Shown: in pieces, positions 1 through 6,779 of the stretch
Layout: every line of letters begins with the position of its first letter
How positions within the stretch are numbered: position 1 is the first letter of the stretch
Source of the DNA: Octopus sinensis
Lineage: Eukaryota
Direction: 5' to 3'
Assembly (NCBI RefSeq): GCF_006345805.1
Contig: NW_021827632.1
Location: 1-8,385 of the forward strand
DNA: 8,385 nucleotides
The notes under the pieces: generated by a model
What the model saw: only the letters and a program-made list of their open reading frames with translations
Told to the model about the DNA's origin: nothing
Databases searched by the model: none
Position numbers and translations under genes: made by a program

Positions 1-175
1 AAAAGATGTTCCAGAAGTGACCATCCTGTCTTTTATCCAGACTTAGTGTATCTAGGACTACATCATCTAATGTGTCCTTTCTATTTCAAAGCCGAGGTAT
101 GATGTGAGGGAATTCAGCTACCATTTCTAGCTGCTCCAGAGACCACACAGAGGCTCGCCTGCTGATCATAGAGGT
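1..175 (-). mobile_element. Probable fragment of an interspersed repeat, truncated by the window edge
   Basis: The reverse complement (CTAGAAATGGTAGCTGAATTCCCCTCACATCATACC...GATACACTAAGTCTGGATAAAAGACAGGATGGTCAC) resembles an abundant octopus repeat as I recall it. It is single-copy in this window, so it cannot be confirmed internally. Confidence 0.4.
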
Positions 176-519
176 GGATAGATGGGGTGAGCACATGTTG
201 ATTTTACAGGTGTATACATTTATTTATTTATTTATTTTAACCCCATCCTCTCCCTCCAGTCATTTTTTAGCATTCATATAATGAATATTTTTACATACAC
301 ACACACAGGTCATTACTTTGATGGACCCCACCACACACACACACACACAGAGCAGACAGAGAGTTCCTTGTACAATCCTGCCTCTCACACCATCTTACCT
401 GAGAGTAGCTGTTGGGGGGTGGGGGGCACGGAGGGAGTGGTGTGGAGAGGGACAAAACTAACATATGAATAATTTTTTCCTCTGAACTTCTGCACCCTTC
501 TGAACCAGCCAGACAGGTG

Positions 520-622
520 AACAGAGAGACACAGACAGACAAGACAGATAGACAGACAGAGAGAATAATAATAATAACAATAATAATAATAATAATAATG
601 ATAATAATAATAAATAATAATA
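520..622. repeat. Compound microsatellite (GACA/GA)n followed by (AAT)n
   Basis: Directly visible: GACA/GA repeats ~520-563 and (AAT)n ~564-622, ending right at the SINE start. Confidence 0.95.
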
Positions 623-1024
623 GGCGCAGGAGTGGCTGTGTGGTAAGTAGCTTGCTTACCAACCACATGGTTCCGGGTTCAGTCCCACTGCGTGGCATCT
701 TGGGCAAGTGTCTTCTGCTATAGCCCAGGGCCGACCAATGCCTTGTGAGTGGATTTGGTAGATGGAACTAAAGAAGCCTGTCGTATATATGTATATATGT
801 GTATGTATGTGTGTGTTTGTCCCCCTAGCATTGCTTGACAACTGATGCTGGTGTGTTTACGTCTCCTACACTTAGCGGTTCGGCAAAAGAGACCGATAGA
901 ATAAGTACTGGGCTTACAAAGAATAAGTCCCGGGGTCGATTTGCTCGAGTAAAGGCGGTGCTCCAGCATGGCCGCAGTCAAATGACTGAAACAAGTAAAA
1001 AGAGTAAAAGAGAAAGAGTAAAGA
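623..1024 (+). mobile_element. tRNA-derived SINE, family 1, copy A (CORE-like centre, internal TA/TG microsatellite, AAAAGAGT tail)
   Basis: Colinear along its whole length with 3527-3934. A-box-like TGGCTGTGTGG (633-643), B-box-like GGTTCAGTCCC (676-686), CTTGGGCAAGT (699-709) resembling the start of the CORE-SINE domain, internal microsatellite ~783-815, short tandem-repeat tail. Compare with the octopus OK/OR1/OR2 SINEs. Confidence 0.9.
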
Positions 1025-1157
1025 ATTCGTTTATTGGCCACAAGGGCTGACAAATATGATTGGAAAACATAAAGGGACAAAACACAGGACGAAAGCTACA
1101 AAGGGTTTTGTCCGTTTGAAAAAGGTCCGTGTACAAAAGCAGGATAACAACGAAAAT
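1025..1157 (-). mobile_element. 3'-terminal fragment of a retroposon (putative LINE 3' UTR), copy A
   Basis: Minus strand ends ...AGCCCTTGTGGCCAATAAACGAA with AATAAA (plus 1030-1035). It shares the 14-mer TTGGCCACAAGGGC and AAAGGGTTT with 1590-1651 and resembles the 3' tail of the SINE at 4832-5062. Confidence 0.55.
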
Positions 1158-1586
1158 AATCATCGTTTAACGTCCGCTTTCCATGCTAGCATGGGTTGGA
1201 CGATTTTGACTGAGTACTGGCGAACCAGATGGCTGCACCAGGCTCCAATCTTGATCTGGCAGAGTTTCTACAGCTGGATGCCCTTCCTAATGCCAACCAC
1301 TCCAAGAGTGTAGTGTGTACTTTTATGTGCCACTGGCACGGAGGACAGACAGGCGGTGCTGGCAACGACCTCGCTCGAATCCTTTTCCACGTGCCAGTAA
1401 GGCGACGCTGGTAACAATCACGTTCGAATGGTGCCTTTTACATGCACGGAAGCCAGTTAGCTGCTCTGGCAATGATCGCACTCGGATGGTGCTCTTGGCA
1501 CCCTACTAGCATGGACATAAGTGCCGGTAAGGTGACGCTGGTAATGATCACACTCGAATGGTGCCTTTTAAGTGCCAATGGCATGG
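1158..1586 (-). mobile_element. 5'-truncated retroposon/SINE, family 3, with internal degenerate tandem repeats and a (GAT)n-type tail
   Basis: Minus strand ends ...CCATGCTAGCATGGAAAGCGGACGTTAAACGATGAT. It contains GGTTGGCATTAGGAAGGGCATCCAGCTGTAGAAA, a motif I recall from invertebrate SINE/RTE-related repeats. Four related internal units have cores at 1359, 1408, 1466 and 1538. Confidence 0.7.
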
Positions 1587-1589
1587 AAG

Positions 1590-1653
1590 TTGGCCACAAG
1601 GGCAAATATAAATCAAAACATTAAACAACAACACAAGGCGATAAAGGGTTTAG
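1590..1653 (-). mobile_element. 3'-terminal retroposon fragment, copy B (diverged relative of 1034-1108)
   Basis: Colinear motifs TTGGCCACAAGGGC, AAATAT, AAAACAT, AACACA and AAAGGGTTT shared with 1034-1108. Confidence 0.55.
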
Positions 1654-1672
1654 CAAAAAAAAAAATAATAAT

Positions 1673-3243
1673 ACACTCTTGGAAACATGGGTTTCAACAT
1701 CCTTAAACAATCCTTATTCAGGGACCCATGCTCTGATGCAGTACCAGGCAGTGGCTCTCATGGCTTCTGATCTTAACTGATTGGAAGTGTTATCATGTAC
1801 ATTGTTTTGTCTTGGTATAAAAGATGGGCTACAGCAAATATTCTGTTCAATACCACAGATTTGCTAATGCCCGATGCATCCAGGCAGTGGCTCTCATGCT
1901 TCTGATCTTAACTGATTGGAAGTGTTATCATGTACATTGTTTGTGGTCTTGGTATAAAGGTGGGCTACAGCCAAATATTCTGCTCAATACCACAAGATTT
2001 GCTAATGCCCGATGCAATACCAGGCAGTGGCTCTCATGGCTTCTGATCTTAACTGATTGGAAGTGTTATCATGTACATTGTTTTGTCTTGGTATAAAAGA
2101 TGGCCTACAGCAATATTCTGCTCAATACCACAGATTTGCTTAATACCCTGATGCAGTACCAGGCAGTGGCTCTCATGGCTGCTGATCTTAACTGATTGGA
2201 AGTGTTATCATTACATTGTTTTGTCTTGGTATAAAAGATAGGCTACAGCAAATATTCTGCTCAATACCACAGATTTGCTAATGCCCTGATGCAGTACAGG
2301 CAGTGGCTCTCATGGCTTCTGATCTTAACTGATTGGAAGTGTTATCATGTACATGTTTTGTCTGGGTATAAAAGTGGGCTACAGCAAATATTCTGCTCAA
2401 TACCACAGATTTGCTAATGCCCTGATGCAGTACCAGGCAGTGGCTCTCATGGCTTCTGATCTTAACTGATTGGAAGTGTTATCATGTACATGGTTTTTCT
2501 TGGTATAAAAGATAGGCTACAGCAAATATTCTGCTCATACCACAGATTTGCTAATACCCTGATGCAGTACCAGGCAGTGGCTCTCATGGCTTCTGATCTT
2601 AACTGATTGGAAGTGTTATCATGTACATTGTTTTGTGTTGGTATAAAAGATGGGCTACAGCAAATATTCTGCTCAATACCACAGATTTGATAATACCCTG
2701 ATGCAGTACCAGGCAGTGGCTCTCATGGCTTCTGATCTTAAATGATTGGAAGTGTTATCATGTACATTGTTTTGTCTTGGTATAAAAGATGGGCTACAGC
2801 AAATATTCTGCTCAATACCACAGATTTGCTTGTCAGTTGTTTGACCTTAACCAGTTGAGCATGTCCCTTAGTGGCTGACGATATGTGCATCTCTGATCAC
2901 GAGCATAAGTAGTGGGGAGCATCATAGCCATGTGTTGAGAGGGATTCTTTGGGGTTTGAATAATTCACCTCTGAAACATGGTGCTTCGCTCAACATCCTT
3001 AAACAATCCTTATTCAGGACCTTTTGAGCGGGATGGATTACTCGACGCAGAAGAAATTCTAACTGGGCCCCACCTGCAAGGTCATGTGCTGTTTATCTTG
3101 ATATGAAATCACCATGTCGCGCACATATGGTTGTGATGCATGTGCCTGGTGTACCCTTATCAGACGGGTAGTCATGATGGGTATTTGGGCTTCATATATT
3201 TTACCCCAGTGTCGCTTTGATGGCATGCACTGCTCTCTCACTC
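1673..3243. mobile_element. ~550-bp non-coding interspersed element with an 8x amplified terminus, sitting between (AAT)n runs; class unresolved
   Basis: Bounded by AATAATAATA (~1663-1672) and (AAT)5 (3244-3258). Composed of a ~55-bp displaced internal copy (1673-1726), the tandem array (1727-2830) and a unique body (2831-3243). No convincing ORF and no terminal inverted repeats. Confidence 0.7.
1727..2830. repeat. Minisatellite: 8 head-to-tail units of ~136-140 bp
   Basis: The anchor CAGGCAGTGG recurs at 1745, 1881, 2021, 2160, 2297, 2434, 2571 and 2710. Units are near-identical with no unique spacers. Confidence 0.97.
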
Positions 3244-3471
3244 AATAATAATAATAATCCTTTCTATTATTGGCACAAGGCCTGAAATTTGTGGGGAAGT
3301 GTATTAGTCGATTACATCGACCCCAGTACTCAACTGGTACTTAATTTATTGACTGTGAAAGGATGAAAGATAAAGTCGACCTCAGTGGAATTTGAACTCT
3401 GAATGTAGTCATGACCGAAATACCGCTCAGCATTTCATCCAGAATGCTCACAATTCTGCCAGCGCGCTGCC
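3244..3471 (-). mobile_element. tRNA-derived SINE, family 2, subfamily a, with (ATT)n tail
   Basis: Reverse complement aligns with 4832-4996 (GCTGGCAGAA...GAGTTCAAATTCC...GGTCGACTTT...CTTTCATCCTTTC...GTCAATAAATTAAGTACCAGT...GGGGTCGATGTAATCGACT). B-box-like GAGTTCAAATTCC; ends ...GAAAGGATTATTATT. Confidence 0.88.
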
Positions 3472-3526
3472 TTAAATAGTAATAATAATAATAATAATGA
3501 TGATGATTTCTTTTATTTTTGACCAA

Positions 3527-3934
3527 GGCGCAGGAGTGGCTGTGTGGTAAGTAGCTTGTTTACCAACCACATGGTTCCGAGTTCAGTCCCACTGTGTGGC
3601 ACCTTGGGCAAGTGTCTTCTACTATAGCCTTGGGCCGACCAAAGCCTTGTGAGTTGATTTGGTAGACGGAAACTGAAAGAAGCCCGTCATATATATGTAT
3701 ATATATATGTATATGCATGTGTGTGTTGTGTTGTCTGTGTTTGTCCCCTAGCATTGCTTGACAACCGATGCTGTGTGTTTTATGTCCCCGTTACTTAGCG
3801 GTTCGGCAAAAGAGACCGATAGAATAAGTACTGGGCTTACAAAGAATAAGTCCTGGGGTCGAGTTGCTCGATTAAAGGCGGTGCTCCAGCATGGCCACAG
3901 TCAAAATGACTGAAACAAGTAAAAGAGTAAAAGA
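3527..3934 (+). mobile_element. tRNA-derived SINE, family 1, copy B
   Basis: Colinear with 623-1024, same head GGCGCAGGAGTGGCTGTGTGGTAAGTAGCTTG, longer internal microsatellite (~3688-3740), tail AGTAAAAGAGTAAAAGA. Confidence 0.9.
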
Positions 3935-3943
3935 TGTCCATAC

Positions 3944-4020
3944 GTTTGACTAAAACCCCCTTCAAGGCAGTGCCCCAGCATGGCCGCAGTAAAAAATGAC
4001 TGAAACAAGTAAAAGAGAAA
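3944..4020 (+). mobile_element. Extra 3' tail fragment of a family-1-related SINE or its partner LINE
   Basis: AAGGCAGTGCCCCAGCATGGCCGCAGT...ATGACTGAAACAAGTAAAAGAG repeats the terminal ~55 bp of copies A and B, with a different upstream segment (TTTGACTAAAACCCCCTTC). Confidence 0.8.
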
Positions 4021-4179
4021 AAGGGGAAGGATGAAGGGGACTATACAAAAACAAAGTATGGAGGTTTGTATACAATGCAATGATTAAAAAAGAAAGAGAG
4101 GAGAAAAAAAAGAAAAAGATGATAGAGATGTGGCCCTAAAAATTGTGGTAGAGGCCTTTGTCTTGGGACCACTCTTGTC

Positions 4180-4345
4180 TAGAAACTGAGGTTGTGGGGT
4201 AAGCATGGGCATGCTCCCCATAGAAAATCCAGCTCCACAAAAGCCTCATGATAGCAAAGGAGAATAGGAACCAGCCAGCCAGCCAGCCCAAAGGTTGGGG
4301 TGGGCTGCACCTGCTGACCTCAGTTGTTATGGCATTGACGTAGAT
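4180..4345 (+). mobile_element. Possible fragment of another interspersed repeat
   Basis: GGTTGTGGGGTAAGCATGGGCATGCTCCCCATAGAAAA resembles the family-3 motif GGTTGGCATTAGGAAGGGCATCCAGCTGTAGAAA. Boundaries are uncertain. Confidence 0.35.
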
Positions 4346-4404
4346 CCGGCCACCCCCGTTTATGGGGACAACACCCAGACTTAAAACATTGGATGATAAT
4401 GATA

Positions 4405-4502
4405 TATACAGACATCCATCCATACATACACACACACACACACAGTTATGCATACACATACATATATACATACATACATACACATATGTATACACACACA
4501 CA
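4405..4502. repeat. Compound (CA/TA)n microsatellite
   Basis: Directly visible. Confidence 0.9.
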
Positions 4503-4831
4503 AGATCATTAAAATTAGAGACACTGTAGCCGGGGTGTGATGTCACAAACTGGCACTGAATGGTATGGGGAGAGAAAAAACAGAGGCAGAGAGGGAATTT
4601 TATCACACACACACACACACAACACTGAGAAGGAGTACATATTTGTATGGTTTAAAATTGTACAAAAAAAAAGACAGAGACAGGTGAAGGAATAACGAAC
4701 AGGGTGTGTTCGTTTGACACTGAGGATAACTAGAAGTCTTTGACATTTCGAGTCTATGCTCTTCTTCATACATGGACATCGATACATACATGCATACACA
4801 CACATACATTTAAATATACACATACATAAAA

Positions 4832-5062
4832 GGTGGTTAGCTGGCAGAAACGTTAGCATGCCGGGCGAAATGCGTAGCCCTATTTCGTCTGTCGTTACGT
4901 TACGAGTTCAAATTCCGCCAAGGTCGACTTTGCCTTTCATCCTTTCGGGGTCAATAAATTAAGTACCAGTGACGCACCGGGGTCGATGTAATCGACTTAA
5001 TCCATTTGTCTGTCCTGGTTTGTCCCCTGTGTTTAGCCCCTTGTGGGTAGTAAAGAAATAAA
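4832..5062 (+). mobile_element. tRNA-derived SINE, family 2, subfamily b (different 3' tail)
   Basis: Head and centre align with the reverse complement of 3307-3471. Central GGTCGACTTTGCCTTTCATCCTTTCGGGGTCAATAAATTAAGTACCAGT (4922-4970) resembles, from memory, the Meta/MESC-type SINE central domain. Ends AGCCCCTTGTGGGTAGTAAAGAAATA. Confidence 0.88.
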
Positions 5063-5099
5063 TATACACATACATGGATATATACGTGGACACACACAC

Positions 5100-5143
<44 letters not shown>

Positions 5144-5548
5144 TATATATATATATATACACACACACATGGACATCCATGCATACATGTATTCATAAAG
5201 GGACACACAACTTGTGCATCCATACATACACACATTTATACATACACATACATACATGCATACATACACATTTATACATATATACATACATACACACATA
5301 TTTATGCATGCATATACATATATACATACATGGGCATCCATACATACACACACACATTTATACATACACATTCATGTATACATACATGCATATATACACA
5401 TTTATGCATACATATATACACACACACATATTTATGCGTACACATACATATATATATAGATGCATACACATACATGTATATATAGATGCACATACACATA
5501 CATGTACATACCTGGACGTCCACACATTTATGCATACACAAACACATT
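5063..5548. repeat. Long compound (CA)n/(TA)n/(CATA)n microsatellite
   Basis: Directly visible; largely alternating purine-pyrimidine. Source of the HTYI/CVYM-type ORFs. Confidence 0.95.
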
Positions 5549-5601
5549 AGATGACGACAACAACAACAACGATGATGATGAGGTAACGAGGAACTAAGTT
5601 T

Positions 5602-5670
5602 TTGAGTTCAAGTTCCAGGTCGACTTTGTCTTTCATTCTTTCGGAGTCGATTAAATAACTACCAGTTACA
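5602..5670 (+). mobile_element. Family-2 SINE central fragment
   Basis: GAGTTCAAGTTCCAGGTCGACTTTGTCTTTCATTCTTTCGGAGTCGATTAAATAACTACCAGT aligns with 4905-4970. Confidence 0.8.
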
Positions 5671-5682
5671 CTTGCCACCTTC

Positions 5683-6250
5683 ATAATAATAATAATAAGA
5701 AGAAGAAGAATGATAATAATAAGAAGAAGAAGAAGAATGATAATAATAATAATAAGAAGAAGAAGAATGATAATAATAATAATAAGAAGAAGAAGAATGA
5801 TAATAATAATAATAAGAAGAAGAATGATAATAATAATAATAAGAAGAAGAAGAAGAAGAAGAAGGAGAAGGAGAAGAAGAAGAAGAAGAAGAAGGAGGAG
5901 GAGGAGGAGGGGCAGGAGTTGGAGAAGGAGTTGAATTGGAAGAAGATGATGAAGAAGAAAAAGAAGAAAAGGAAGAAGAAAAAGGAGGAGGGGAGAAGGA
6001 GTTGAATCGGAAGATGATGAAGAAAAAGAAGAAAAAGAAGAAGAAAAGGGAGAAGGAGAAGAATTGGAAGAAGATGATGATGAGAAAAAGAAAAAGAAGA
6101 AAAAGGAGAAGAAGAAAAAGAAAAAGAAGAAGGAGAAGGAGAAGGAGGAGAAGGAGGAGGAGGCGGAGAAGAATTGGAAGATGATGATGATGATGAAAAA
6201 GAAAAAGAAGAAGAAGAAGAAGAAATGGAAAAAGAAACAGAAGAAGAGTC
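5683..6250. repeat. Purine-rich trinucleotide satellite: (AAT)n(AAG)n higher-order units, then GAA/GGA/GAT/AAA
   Basis: Directly visible; the plus strand is almost C-free over ~560 bp. Confidence 0.95.
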
Positions 6251-6301
6251 TGTAGCTAAAGTAGGTCTGGGGTAGCAGGTTATTCGGTTACACTGACACC
6301 C

Positions 6302-6376
6302 TAACTGGTTCTTATTTCATCAACCCCGGAAGGACAAAAGGCAGAGTTGACCTTGGCGGAATTTGAACCCAGAACA
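6302..6376 (-). mobile_element. Family-2 SINE central fragment, diverged
   Basis: Reverse complement GTTCTGGGTTCAAATTCCGCCAAGGTCAACTCTGCCTTTTGTCCTTCCGGGGTTGATGAAATAAGAACCAGTT aligns with 4900-4970. Confidence 0.8.
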
Positions 6377-6471
6377 TAGAAAAAGAGCCAAGAGCCGGAA
6401 GCTAAAATACCACAAGGCCATCCGACAAACCCCCCACCCCACCGACAATTATTACATTCCAAGACAGAATA

Positions 6472-6632
6472 CAACACCACAGCCACCACCACAACCACAA
6501 CCACCATCACCACCATCAATACCACCACCACCACTACCACTACCACAACCACCACCACCACCACAACCACTACCACCACAACCACCATCACCACAACCAC
6601 CATCAACACCACCACCACCACCACCACCACCA
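6472..6632. repeat. Imperfect (ACC/ACA/ACT/ATC)n trinucleotide repeat
   Basis: Directly visible. Confidence 0.95.
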
Positions 6633-6779
6633 GGGTCTCAGCTACTTCCTCACAGTCACCTTACTCCCCCTCCCTTCTTCCCCCACCTCCACCCACACAC
6701 CCTCAATTCTTCTTACATCAGATAAGCATCTGTAACCCCTCAGCACCTTCGACATCGACCCCCCCATCACCAAAACCAC

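Noticed and set aside
623-700. tRNA gene at SINE heads (also 3527-3600, 4832-4920, 3390-3471)
   Set aside because: Only degenerate A/B boxes; no complete cloverleaf, and each continues into a SINE body.
1733-1870. Hammerhead ribozyme in the array unit (CTGATG motif)
   Set aside because: The core reads CTGATGC rather than CTGANGA, and I found no properly placed GAAA with flanking stems.
1824-2096. 90-aa ORF with an internal repeat
   Set aside because: Translation of the minisatellite; the frame is broken by indels in other units.
1727-2830. CRISPR-like array
   Set aside because: Units are ~138 bp and identical along their full length with no unique spacers; eukaryotic context and no cas genes.
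3059-3243. 60-aa ORF, or an HDV-like ribozyme at the element end
   Set aside because: The ORF has no recognisable domain, and I could not assemble the nested double pseudoknot by eye. An Infernal or RNArobo search would settle it.
4500-4790. Possible minus-strand acceptor at 4557-4556 or an old DNA-transposon remnant
   Set aside because: No canonical donor follows, and no inverted-repeat partner or second copy is present in the window.
5033-5550. Overlapping HTYI/CVYM-rich ORFs (also 7359-7701)
   Set aside because: Translations of dinucleotide microsatellites, open in several frames on both strands.
5710-6255. Poly-R/K/E charged ORFs
   Set aside because: A C-poor purine repeat has few stops; frames shift between blocks and no splice context is evident.
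6363-6725. Pro-rich (extensin/formin-like) 120-aa ORF and the antisense poly-V ORF
   Set aside because: Starts inside a SINE fragment and runs through the (ACC)n repeat; no domain.
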